Below are positions 37,545-49,634 of a DNA stretch of 64,000 nucleotides, in pieces (the first letter of the stretch is position 1; every line of letters starts with the position of its first letter). The DNA lies in the NCBI RefSeq assembly GCF_006345805.1, contig NC_043016.1, positions 6,820,001 to 6,884,000 on the forward strand. The letters are read 5' to 3'. The notes under the pieces are model-generated. The model ran no database searches. It was not told the DNA's origin and worked only from the letters and a program-made list of their open reading frames with translations. The translations under genes and the position numbers were made by a program. The stretch is from Octopus sinensis (lineage: Eukaryota).

Positions 37545-39128
37545 CCCTCCTCATAGAGGAGGGTAAGCCAAGTGAAAATGTTAAAAGATATCAGCGACTC
37601 AGAGTTAAGCTGCTCAGAAGTGTCCTCTTCGGAAGAGTCAGAGCAGTCAGATACTTCGTGGAGTAAGATGGAAAAAGAAGCGAGAGAAGATAGAAGCTTT
37701 GCGGAGATTGCAAAGATTAAAGAACATCGAATGGAATGGGATGAATGGAAAAATTATTCCAAAATGATGAGGGGAGAAGGAACCAATGTGGAATTAAGAC
37801 TCCCTGAGGAAGTGATTGTCATCAGGGGGGGGGGATGTACTATCACATACAAAGCACATTCGGTTGCGGCTGGCAAAATTGAATTTATGGCAACGATCCA
37901 AGTGGAGAAGGCACTAAGGCCAATCTGGCAAGAGATAAAGTATCTTGCCAGAGGAGCAAAGTACGAACGTTTGGAGTAAGGTTTAAAAATGCAGACAGGG
38001 CAAGATTGAATGCGCAATTATTTTAAAGAGCGACGAAGTGGTGCTGTTGCCGACGTACCATGGAAGACACTCAGTAAAGGTCAGTGTGGAAGGAATCCCA
38101 CCAGAGGTTGACGCTGCCTGGATAGCAGCCGCTGTCTTACTCGGTAATGAGGAAGAGATAGCGGTTCTCCAGGCCACTTGAGCAGAAAATAGGAATTGGA
38201 AAGGCCAAACACTAAACATGGTTATACAGGGGCCGGAAGAGATTATTGAAGAATTACCGGAGACCATAGCAATGGAAGATATGATAATGATGATCAGAGT
38301 AGAGGGCAGGACCCCTTGACGCTTCAAGTGCGGCTAGAAAGGCCACATTAGAGCAAACTACCCTCTACAAAGAAAAAAGGAAGAAGTGGTAAAAGAAAAG
38401 AAAGAAACAATACCACCACCAGCAGTAACAGAAGAAGCAAGCGGAGCTGAAGACGAATGGGTGACACTAGGAAAGAAAAGGAGGAGAAAAAGGAAGAAAC
38501 CAGGTAAAATAAATACGGAAACCCACCCCGACCAACTCCCACCCACACCCTCTTCTCCTCACCTGCTCCCTACAGACACTTAACCTACCCGCCCCGCTCC
38601 AACACGAAGACAAACACAGGTAGACACAAGTAATTCGACCGCCCCACCCCGGAAAAAAAAGGAAGAATGGAAACTACGTAATAATGTACGATAACACAGA
38701 AATTTGTGTGAAGAGATAAAAAAAAGTGGAAAAACATTAGAGTGGTGGACACTCGCAGGTTGGATAACGTACAAGGGTGGCATTGTTGCCTGTTGTTGGA
38801 CGAAAAGCAAAGAGAGAAAGTTTTAAAATTTAAAAAGGATATAAAATGTGGCAAGTTGATCCAGACATTAAAAATCTACCAAAGAATATGGATTACACGT
38901 TCTTACTGAAGGAGTAGGGCACTGACATTTTGGAAGGTTCCGGTTTCAAAAAGAAAAAAGAACAGAGGCAAAATGAAGTAATTCAGAGGTGGAGCTGAGG
39001 AAACTTCTTTCCATTTCTCATCTTCATTTTATCAGTCATTATATCATACGCTTTTTCTTTTATTTCTTGTGTCCCTACGTCTTTGTGTTATCCCCTCTTT
39101 GTTGACCCCTTGTGGGCAATAAAGAAAT
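37545..39128 (+). mobile_element. Non-autonomous Tx1/L1-like retroelement: gag-like ORF1 relic with CCHC knuckle, no recognisable RT, Tx1-type 3' tail
   Basis: VLLPTYHGRHSVKVSVEGIPPEV; RVEGRTP*RFKCG*KGHIRANYP (degenerate CX2CX4HX4C). Ends ATCCCCTCTTTGTTGACCCCTTGTGGGCAATAAAGAAATA. Confidence 0.55.
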
Positions 39129-39129
39129 A

Positions 39130-39325
39130 AGAATCGTGAGCACGCCGGGCAAAATTCTTAGCGGTATTTCGTCCGTCTTTACGTTCTAAGCTCAAATTCC
39201 ACCGAGGGTCAACTTTGCCTTTCATCTTTTTGGTGTCGAGAAAATGAACAACCCTACTAGGTTCGATGAAACTGACTAGCTCCACCCAGCAAAATTTTAG
39301 GCCTTGTGCCTATTGAAGAGAGGGT
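39130..39325 (+). mobile_element. SINE family B, 5'-truncated, B2 tail
   Basis: AGCACGCCGGGCAAAATTCTTAGCGGTATTTCGTCCGTCTTTACGTTCT..GTCAACTTTGCCTTTCATC..AAAATTTTAGGCCTTGTGCCTA. Confidence 0.8.
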
Positions 39326-39334
39326 GGTTGTTTT

Positions 39335-40100
39335 CCGTTGTTTAGCACAGTGACTCGGCTGGGGAATTTAAGAAACTGTTATTTGTCCCCAACCAGTGGA
39401 CTAAGGTAACACTCATTATTCAGATTTCAAGAACTCTGCGAAAGATCCGTGCTGTTCTAAACAATACTGTTTCCTGTAGATGCTCTATCTTCATATTTAC
39501 TCCTGTTTTTTCAATCCAATTTGTGAAGATGGTTCTTATAGTGCCCAAGGCCCCAACAATAACATATACAGCACTCAGCTTCTTCAATGACCGCAGTCCT
39601 TTTATTTCTCACTTCCAATCATCGGATATGACTCTTTTCTCTGCTTCTCTTTCCCATACTCTGTCATCACTTGGTGCATGCGATATCTATGACTAAACGG
39701 GTTTTTTCCCCTCTTTAATCACAACCACTCTAGCCAGCTTTCGAGGTTCAGTTTCATGATCACACTGGATCATTACATCCTTAGTCATTTACTCTATCCA
39801 ATCCAGACTTGCCATCCCACCTAACGAATCATTGTCGTGACATTATCATGCCTTCTTCTCTATTCTTTTTGGCCCAGCGTCCTGCATTCGTTCACAATAT
39901 ATTATACAGTCTCACATTTACCACTGCTTTGTCGTTATCTGCTCTAGTGTCAGTATTCTATATTTAATGCAATTTGTCCTAAGTGCTTGTTCCTGTGTAA
40001 CGCAGATAAGCGCCTTTGTTTCTGGCTTCAAATCACTCTTTCTTAGCGACTGCCACTTTTCCATTCGTATCTGTATTCCTGTTCCTCTACTTTGCATAAT
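39335..40100 (-). mobile_element. Decayed R4/Dong LINE 3' fragment
   Basis: Minus translation fragments SDLKPETKALICVTQEQALRTNCIKYRI, KRRHDNV, IVGALGTI and EHLQETVLFRTARIFRRVL. Confidence 0.7.
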
Positions 40101-40616
40101 ATAAGTTGAATGAATTTTATAATTAATGAAGTTGCAGACTGCTAAAGAATATATTGTCTAATTAAAGATACTTTAAAATTACATCATTCTGAACTTCCAT
40201 TATTTAATCAGTTACTTTTACCAAATAAGCGCTTAAACGACAGAAACAGAAAAAAAAAAAACGAAATGATTAAAGTCTTAAGACTAATGATATCTCACTG
40301 TACGTCGGCCAACCTATCTTTCTTTAGCTTTTGTTATTGACTTTATTCTTCGTTTAGATCATATTTTTTTTGTAAGTCGATATGTTCGTTGACAACGCTA
40401 CTTTAAAAGGTTTCAAGTGTTGGACATCCTATGACATTCGAGGCGTTTCTCACTGGTTTTTAACTTTTTGTATGGAGCATGTGATAATGCCATAATTCTA
40501 TAAACTTAATCACTGTTTTCTACATTTTAATCATAAATTTTTCATCTGACTTAATTTCAATTAATTTTCTCATTCTCTCTTCTCTCTCTGTCTCTCTGTC
40601 TGTCTCTCTGTCTCTG

Positions 40617-40652
<36 letters not shown>

Positions 40653-40934
40653 TCTCTTTCTCATTTCACGTTCCTTCTATGTCTTCACGCGACTAATCTA
40701 TAACAGAGTTAAGCTATTCTTTCAGTTATTAACCAATGAAAATATACTATAAACGATGCTCGCTAAGTTGCTCTTTAATAGTTTGATGCATTTTATAATG
40801 AAAATCCACTCATCTTCATCTCCTACCCACTTGCTTGATCATCTAGAAACAGCAGACTAATTGACATTTATAATCAATATTTATAATGTTAATCGGTGTA
40901 GGTACTAATAAATATATATATATATATACAACTT

Positions 40935-41195
40935 TTCTGACTATATGTATGTGCGCACCTTTGAATGCAATGTATACCAGGTTTGCAGATCCAACGGAGG
41001 CCTCAAAAGACATGTTAAGATCCACAAAGTTCAGAACTTAATTGCAGGTATCGGAGGTCCAAATCAGAGGTGCATACCATGGGTGTCTTTTCAGAACATT
41101 GTCTGGTTTAAGAAGCCACATCAGACGCCATGATGGTGATACAGTATAGGTACAGGAGGTGGTCAAACTCTTTATTAGGAGTAGGCAACCACCAT
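40935..41195 (+). mobile_element. RTE-like LINE extreme 3' end with C2H2-like fingers, followed by (TA)n
   Basis: FECNVYQVCRSNGGLKRHVKIH. The same architecture occurs at 44320..44570. Short, frameshifted, no splice context. Confidence 0.55.
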
Positions 41196-41272
41196 ATATA
41201 TATATATATATATATACACATACATAAATGCATATGTTTATATATATATATATACATGTGTATATACATGTA

Positions 41273-41319
<47 letters not shown>

Positions 41320-41378
41320 ATATCTATCTATCTATCTTATCTATCTCTATCTATCTATCTATATATAATATATATATA

Positions 41379-41428
<50 letters not shown>

Positions 41429-41476
41429 TATATATATATATGTATGTATGTATTTATGTATGTATGTATATACATA

Positions 41477-41641
41477 TAGGCGCAGGAGTGGCTCTGTGGC
41501 AAGAACTTTGCTTCCCAACCACATGGTTCCGGGTTCAGCTCCACTGCGTGGCATCTTGGGCAAGCATCTTCTACTATCGCCTCGGGCCGACCAAAGCCTT
41601 GTGAGTGGGATTGGGTAGACAGAAACTGAAAGAAGCCCGTC

Positions 41642-41645
<4 letters not shown>
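41477..41645 (+). mobile_element. SINE family A 5' half
   Basis: TAGGCGCAGGAGTGGCTCTGTGG..GGTTCCGGGTTCAGCTCCACTGCGTGGCATCTTGGGCAAG..GAAACTGAAAGAAGCCCGTCG. Confidence 0.9.
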
Positions 41646-41685
<40 letters not shown>

Positions 41686-41689
41686 ATAG

Positions 41690-41965
41690 AAATATTAAAT
41701 AACTAAGTCTCACTAAAGAGAACAGCGCGGCAGCGTTCCCGGAAAATAATATTTTATCGCCATACTAATATGAAAAGGGGCAATACCCCGAAACGCGTCT
41801 GTAGCTGCCGGTCAGTAGTGTGAGCGACTGACCCTCCCTTGTTGAAGGTTATATGGATACAGTTTGTGTATCAAATAGCTAACTTAAGGCCATGGCCTCT
41901 GGAGCTAATAAGCGGACAGCTTTTTTCTTATTTTATAAGAATGCCATATTAGTATGGCGAACTAG
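41690..41965. mobile_element. (TA)n-embedded foldback element with 5'-clipped hammerhead motif
   Basis: Perfect 16-bp IR TCGCCATACTAATATG (41757..41772) / CATATTAGTATGGCGA (41945..41960). Immediately inside is GAAAA-GGGG-CAATA-CCCC-GAAACGCGTC-TGTAG. Confidence 0.75.
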
Positions 41966-41990
41966 TATATATATATATTATATATATACA

Positions 41991-42030
<40 letters not shown>

Positions 42031-42084
42031 TATATATATATACAGAGAGAGAGAGAGAGAGAGAGAGAGGAACGAGAGAGAGAG

Positions 42085-42116
<32 letters not shown>

Positions 42117-42199
42117 GCAAAATCGACCTCTGTGGAATTTAAACTCAGAACGTAAGACAGATGAATACCTATTTTCTTTGCTACCCACAAGGGGGTATG

Positions 42200-42235
<36 letters not shown>

Positions 42236-42429
42236 TGTACGTACGTACGTATGTATGTATGTATGTATGTATGTATGTATGTATGTATGTATGTATGTAT
42301 GTATGTATGTATGTATGTATGTATGTATATATGTATGTATGTATGCATGTATGTATGTATGTATGTACGTATGTATGTATGTATGTATGTATGTATGTAC
42401 GTAAGCACGCACGCACGCACGTATGTATG

Positions 42430-43385
42430 TGTGCAGATTTGTATGTTTTGTTTTATATATGTCTTCTCATGCATATAGTTGCATTCTAGGCATACTCATA
42501 AATATTTAAATGATAAACTTCTGGAAAGTTTTACAGATTTTTACAGTTCCAGTGATGGATTGGATCTGTAGTCTTCGAATTAGCTTTCTCCTTTGTAGTT
42601 TTGAGAATTTCTCAAGATTGATATTTAGGCAGTATTTTACATATCCCAGTGTATTACAGGTATAAACCTGAACTTGCAGATTTCTCAATAGCCAGCATAG
42701 GTATTCTCTTTTTCACTGATCTTCAGCTTTATGTTCACATTCACTGGGCAGCTAATTTCCACAACTGTGAACAGTTTCTCTTCTCCATCCCAAATCATTA
42801 TATCAGGTCTGTTGCGTTTACATTTTGTTGAGGCCTTCACTGGGACATTCCATCAGTATTCTTTTTAATTATGAGTGGCTAAGGCTTCTGCCATATTGTG
42901 GGTTCTTATTTCTTTGACATCGGGATTATCCTTTAGACGGATTTCATTATAGAGTGCCCTAGCTAAAATATCATGTCTCATTGGCAGATAATGCCGTAAT
43001 AACATTTTGGGACAAGTGCTTGTAATGTAGGGGAATAACTTCAGTGGGAACTCCACAAAGTCTGCATCGGTTGTCCCTTTTGTGCCTCAGGTACTTGGTT
43101 GGTATTTCCTGTTCCCGGATTGCAAACGCATACCCTTCGAAGTGGGAGGTAGTAATCCGGTTTTTGATCCATAATAAACTCCTTTCATGATCAACGTTAC
43201 TATCATCACGGAGCTTTCTACTAAAATATCCATGCATAGTCTTCTGCTCATATTCTGCTCATCCTTTCGTCTGATGAAACGTTACGGTAGAGTCGTGCTA
43301 CTTCTCTGGGTGTGTATTTAAGGTTATCAGACAAGAATGCTGCTCAAGGAGATGCTTACCAAGTCAATTAAAAGATGGTGATTAT
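42430..43385 (-). mobile_element. 5'-truncated R4/Dong LINE, (TACA)n-associated family, flanked by (TATG)n on both sides
   Basis: MHGYFSRKL...HFEGYAFAIREQEIPTKYL..NRCRLCG, ..HITSTCPKMLLRHYLPMRHD, and C-terminus LQIQSITGTVKICKTF. The 3'UTR matches 4770..4950. (TATG)n lies at 42195..42430 and 43390..44310. Confidence 0.85.
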
Positions 43386-44319
43386 GCGTGCATGTATGTA
43401 TGTATGTATGTATGTATGTATGTATGTATGTATGTATGTATGTATGTATGTATGTATGTATGTATGCATGCGTGTATGTATGTATGTATGTATGTTTGTA
43501 TATATGTATGTTTGTATGTATGTATGTGTGTATGTATGTATGTATGCGTGTATGTATGTGTGTATGTATGCATGTATGTATGTATGTATGTATGTATGTA
43601 TGTTTGTATATATGTATGTTTGTATGTATGTATGTGTGTATGTATGTATGTATGCGTGTATGTATGTGTGTATGTATGCATGTATGTATGTATGTATGTA
43701 TGTGTGTATGTATGTATGTATTTATGCCTGTATGTATGTATGTATGTATGTATGTATGTATGTATGTATGTATGTTTGTATATATGTATGTTTGTATGTA
43801 TGTATGTGTGTATGTATGTATGTATGCGTGTATGTATGTGTGTATGTATGCATGTATGTATGTATGTATGTATGTGTGTATGTATGTATGTATTTATGCC
43901 TGTATGTATGTATGTATGTGTGTATGTATGTATGTATATATATGTATGTACGTATGTATGTATGCATGTATGTAAGTATGTATGTATGTGTGTGTATGTA
44001 TGTATGTATGTATGTATTTATGCCTGTATGTATGTATGTATGTGTGTATGTATGTAGGTATGTATGTATGTGTGTATGTATGTATGTATGTATGTGTATA
44101 TGTATGTATGTGTGTGTATGTATGTATGTATGTATTTATGTATGTGTGTGTGTATGTATGTATGTATGTATGTATGTATGTATAGGTATGTACGTATGCC
44201 TGTATGTATGTATGTGTGTATGTATGTATGTATGTATGCCTGTATGTATGTATGTATGTATATATGTATGTATGTTGTATGTATGATGTATGTATGTATT
44301 GTATGTATGATGTAACACA

Positions 44320-44561
44320 CCATACTGATCATATCTGTCGGGCATGTGGAAGAGAGTGTAATTCGGCAGGTGGACTTAAACGACATGAAAAGGTACATGA
44401 AGCCCAGTTACAACTACAGGCCGGCCATTACCGGTAAAGGTTTTAGTTGCCAATTCTGTACAAGACATTGTATCTTTAGCTGGGCTAAAAAGTCACTTTC
44501 GATATCAGCACCAGTAACAGTTAAGCTTCGTGCAATGGCCATACTCGATAATGAGGGGGCA

Positions 44562-44570
<9 letters not shown>
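44320..44570 (+). mobile_element. RTE-like LINE extreme 3' end with C2H2-like fingers, followed by (TA)n
   Basis: HICRACGRECNSAGGLKRHEKVH and, after a frameshift, FSCQFCTRHC. Ends GGCAGCCATC+(AT)n. Confidence 0.55.
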
Positions 44571-44638
<68 letters not shown>

Positions 44639-44900
44639 GTATTTTGTATGTATGTTGTATGTATGTATGTAGTATGTATGTATGTATGTATGTATATAAT
44701 ATATATATATATATATATTACAAAATTAGAGAATGGAGAAACATGCTTAAATCAATAAAACATCAACTATCCGATGATACCCAATCAATACTTTAATACA
44801 CCATACATATGAGTAAAGGCATTCAAAATATACAGTAATAGTAAAAGTAAAAAGACAAGAGATATAAGTAAAAAATTTCAAATATAATATGTAATTAAAT

Positions 44901-45016
44901 CAAAACTGACAGCTGCTTCGGCAGTGAGGCAGTCATACCTCATTTAACCTATAAGCCATAAAGGCAGGTATAAATGAGGCATTAACAAGGATGCCCCACG
45001 GCCTCTTCAGAGAATT
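44901..45016 (-). ncRNA. Hammerhead-like motif with greatly extended stem II (PLE-type, probably degenerate)
   Basis: Minus: CUGAAGA-G-GCCGUGGGGCA...[inner hairpin CCUCAUUUA.ACCU/AGGU-UAAAUGAGG]...UGCCUCACUGC-C-GAAG-C-AGCU-G-UC-AGUUUU. Palindromic stem III loop AGCU; GAAA changed to GAAG. Confidence 0.5.
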
Positions 45017-45374
45017 AAATTAAATTAGTTATAATTGTGAAAAATATTAATAACCATATACATATAAATATAAAAATATAAAAATGTAAAATAAAAAACT
45101 TATACATAAACTTCATAGTGCTACACTTATATAATATAATACTCTTGGTACAATAATGGAAGGTAAACACAGAACAAAATAAAACCAAATATATATCAGT
45201 GTATATATTAATATTAATAAACACCGATATTATACATATTTGGCTAATAGTTAAAAAAAAAACAAAAAAAAAAAACAACACATAGGGAGATGAAAAATAA
45301 TAATTAAAAATTAAAACCATGGTTCAGTTCATAAAATTCTAAAGCTATGAAAGTTAATAAAAATTACTATTAAT

Positions 45375-45431
<57 letters not shown>

Positions 45432-46252
45432 ATATAATAAGATATAAGAATAATAATAGATAGCAGTTATTTTGCACCAAGTCCATCCTTTCAAGATCGA
45501 AATAACTATGAGTTTAGAAATGCTGACCACTAGGTAAAGAAAATTTAGATTAATTCGATTGGCTATTGGTTTGAAATTTAAATCCACAAAAAAATTATAC
45601 GGTTGGTAGTCAAGGAACGCCAATATTCACACACCATCTACAGATCAATCGCACATACACACATAGTTATTGTATATACATACACTTATACACATACATA
45701 ATCACAAGCAACAACTAGCACATAGATAAACAAAAAGGGAAGCAACTATGCTACCATTTAGTCCTTCAAAATTAAACTGTGCCTCAAATAACGAAAAGAA
45801 ACCACCCATGCATTTCATAAATATTTATTTAGATATAAATATATTTTTAAATATCAGTATGTTACTAAGTCAGATAATTATTTCATTGGGTACTTAAAAT
45901 TGATAACACCAACACCGGTTTGTTGCAAAGTAAACATACGGTTGTTAGATTTATCGTAATTTGTTATGATTCCAAGTACGCTAAATTATAAAATATAAGG
46001 CGAAGTTTCGCATGTCGTAGCACAGATTTCCGTCGATTTCCGTAAAAAACTTTTATTTTTTTACATAATAATGAGAGCGAAAGAGACTAAGAGGAAGCGA
46101 TTTTATGACGAGAAGGTTTTCTCTCTTTGAAATCGGCCTGTGTGTGTTTGATGGGGTGTGGGAGACAGACAGTATGTTGTGTAAGTTGAAGTGCTTCTGT
46201 TAGTGTGTGTGAAGAACAGAGAGAGTAATGTGTGAAAGAGAGAGATAACTGA

Positions 46253-46712
46253 TTTTTTACTCGGTGTATGTGTATATGTATGTATGCATGTATGTGTGTG
46301 TGTGTGTATGTATCTATGTATGTGTGTGTGTGTAAGTATGTGTGTGTGTATGTATGTATGTATGGCCTATTCATCGTAATTTTTTACTCGGTGTATGTGT
46401 ATATGTATGTCTGCATGTATGTGTGTGTGTGTGTATGTATCTATGTATCTGTGTATGTGTATGTATGTATGTATGTGTGTATGTATGTATGGTCGATTCA
46501 GTGTAATTTTTTACTCGGTGTATGTGTATATGTATGTGTGTGTGTGTATGTATCTATGTGTGTGTGTGTGTGTAAGTATGTGTGTGTATGTATGTATGTA
46601 TGTGTGTGTGTGTATGTATATATGTATGTGTGTGTGTGTATGTATCTATGTATGTGTGTGTGTGTATGTATGTATGTATGGCCGATTCATCGTAATTTTT
46701 TACTCGGTGTAT
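46253..46712. repeat. Tandem array: conserved ~30-bp anchor separated by variable (GT)/(ATGT) blocks
   Basis: GGCCTATTCATCGTAATTTTTTACTCGGTG-like anchors near 46255, 46365, 46490 and 46680. Confidence 0.85.
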
Positions 46713-46807
46713 GTATAAAATAAAAAATAAATAAAGTGAATATATATGTTATATTGTTGAAAGTAAATATGTATGGAAGGATAATTTAAAGTACAGATCC
46801 AGAGGAC

Positions 46808-46841
<34 letters not shown>

Positions 46842-47597
46842 GTATGTATGTATGTTTGTATGTATGTATGTATGTATGTATGTACGTATTCGTCTGTATG
46901 CCTGTGCGCGAGGGTGCATGTGTGCCGTTGACATTTATTCAGAATTGAGAAACTAGTAGCCATCGTAGTGTTCACCAGTACATTTCTCACGATATATAAC
47001 AGCGTTATCTCTTAAAAACTGTTCTTATTGTTTTGTTTTCTTTATAGGGGTCCAAGATATTTGCTGATTGCTGCACTAGAAATATAGCATAAACATGATA
47101 ACACAGTGATCTATTGTTTAAGTACGAAATATGACCCGAATTCGGATGTGAAGATGACCTTCGAAATAATAAATGACGTTTGACACTTAACCCAATGAAG
47201 GAAATACATGTTTTCTTTACGAACCAAATAAATATGTTTCGTCAGATTAACCTATATATATATCTGACTGTTGTAACCTGTAAGCCTTTCTTAATATCCA
47301 TCTATTTCTTTATGTATCTTCCTACACACAAGCCAAGATAACGATATACCTATGTATGTATGTATGTATGTATGTATGTATGTATGTATGTATGTATGTA
47401 TGTATGTATTGTGTGTGTGTATATATGTATGTATGTAAGTATGTAATGTATGTATGTTGTATGTATGTATGTGTTATATATATATATATACATACACACG
47501 CATATATATATGTATATATTATATGTATGTATATATATATACATAATATATTATATATAATATATATATATATATATTATATATATATATATATATG

Positions 47598-47702
<105 letters not shown>

Positions 47703-48235
47703 CTTGACATGGGCGATTCTTTCTTGTCTTGGGATTCACGGTCAAACGGCTGGGTGGAAATGCGCGAAAATTACACACACTGTGTAGAATGATCCGATGG
47801 TGATGCTGGGCTTTGTACTTTTTTTCATAGTTCTCATGGTTACGGAGATAATCTACTATAATGATACTCTTGTGTTTGTGAGTGAGAAAGGAAGGGGTGA
47901 TAGATGAATAAAGAAGAAAGGTGTGATGACATACTTGGTAGTGTACGCTAAAAAATAAATCAAACAGCGTTTCAACTCTGTGTGAATATATGCGTGTGTA
48001 AAAGGGAGGAATGTGAATGTGTGTGTATGTGTACGTGTATGTGTGTGTGTTTATGTGTGTGCGTGTACGTGCGCAATGGAAGTGGGATGGTTCATCTTTG
48101 TTCGCTTAGTATTTGGGTTTATATTTTGATTTGGTTGAATCTTGGTTGTTTCTTTTCCTTTTTTGTCAGTTATTACCTTTACTTGATTCTATCTATATCT
48201 ATATCTATCTATCTATCTGTCCCTCTGTCTACCTT

Positions 48236-48318
<83 letters not shown>

Positions 48319-49400
48319 GACGCGCTTTCCAGCAGCTCGTCTCCTTGGCCGAACTACAATTATGGATCAAACAGAGACCGAGGCTAGGCGAATGGCACCG
48401 CGAGTGTCGCGTGCCGTCCGGGACCAAATTTGTGCGACTTCATTACAACAAAGGCGTTCTATAGAGGACTAGTGGAGGGGAGGTGCGATGACGTTCTCGG
48501 GCAGAATCTGGGCGTCGACGAGAGACACCTAACCCGCCTGTTCAGGACAACTTTTGGGCCGGGACCTATGGACAATCACGAAAGATCTCTGGCCTGGCAG
48601 TGCTATCGAGAAGCATTACCTGTTCGGGATAAGCTCTACAGGCACGGTTCGAGACACACTGGACCGACTTGCCGAGATGCGGTCAGGGCGACGAAACCGT
48701 TCTGCACGAACTCGTGCAGTGTCCATCCATTTCGGACTTGTGGGCTTATGCCGAACGGCTGCTGTCACGTGTGGGACGAGTCTGCCTGTCGGCCGAGTCT
48801 ATCGTGTAAATAGCACCGCCTCCTTTCCTCAACCCGGAAGGCAAGGCAGCTTTCATCGTACTGGTGGCTATGGTGAAAGAATGTGTGTGGTGGACTCGAG
48901 CGAAAGGATTAGAGACAAACACTTACGTCTCTGGCCAATCGCTCATCAACTTTCTCAAGTACCACTTGAAAAGGAAGGTGAGAATGGAGAGGCAGGTTTT
49001 GTCTCGTGAAAGTTTCAAAAAAAGGTGGATCAATGTAGCAAAGATGGTGCGCGCGAGTGACGAAAACACTTTGTGCATGATCCTGTAAATCGTAAAAGAG
49101 AGAGCACTTTGCTTTCATGTGTTTTTTTCCCTCCCTGCCTGGGGTTACCGTGGTCTTTTCTGTAGGCTTTTCTTTCCACGGATGAATCTAATCTTGTTTG
49201 TTACTTTGAAAAAAATTTTTTTTTTTTCTTTCTGTGATACACAATCCCTTTTGATCGCTTTTTTTCTTCCGATCCCTTTCGATCGAAATTTTACGTTTAT
49301 TTCCTTTTTTTCTTCTTTTTCCTTTTCCACCTCCGAAATGAAAAGCTCTACATTTGTAATTGTCCCCTCTGTGTCCAGCCCTGTGTGGCCAATAAAGAAA
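48319..49400 (+). mobile_element. 5'-truncated Tx1/L1-clade LINE flanked by (TATC)n on both sides
   Basis: zf-RVT-like LAWQCYREALPVRDKLYRHG..PTC followed by ETVLHELVQCP in a shifted frame. 3' end TTGTCCCCTCTGTGTCCAGCCCTGTGTGGCCAATAAAGAAA. (TATC)n at about 48192..48318 and 49403..49635. Confidence 0.8.
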
Positions 49401-49441
49401 GTTATCTACCTATCTATCAACCAGTCTGTCTACCTGTCTGT

Positions 49442-49519
<78 letters not shown>

Positions 49520-49572
49520 GTCTGTCTGTCTGTCTGTATGTCTGTCTATCTGTCTGTCTATCTGTCTGTATG

Positions 49573-49634
<62 letters not shown>

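Noticed and set aside
44320-44570. C2H2 zinc-finger host gene exon (also 40945..41133)
   Set aside because: Short, frameshifted, ending in (TA)n tails and present as two parallel remnants. Better explained as LINE C-terminal fingers.
46253-46712. CRISPR-like repeat-spacer appearance
   Set aside because: The spacers are mutually related microsatellite blocks of unequal length, there are no cas genes, and the context is eukaryotic.
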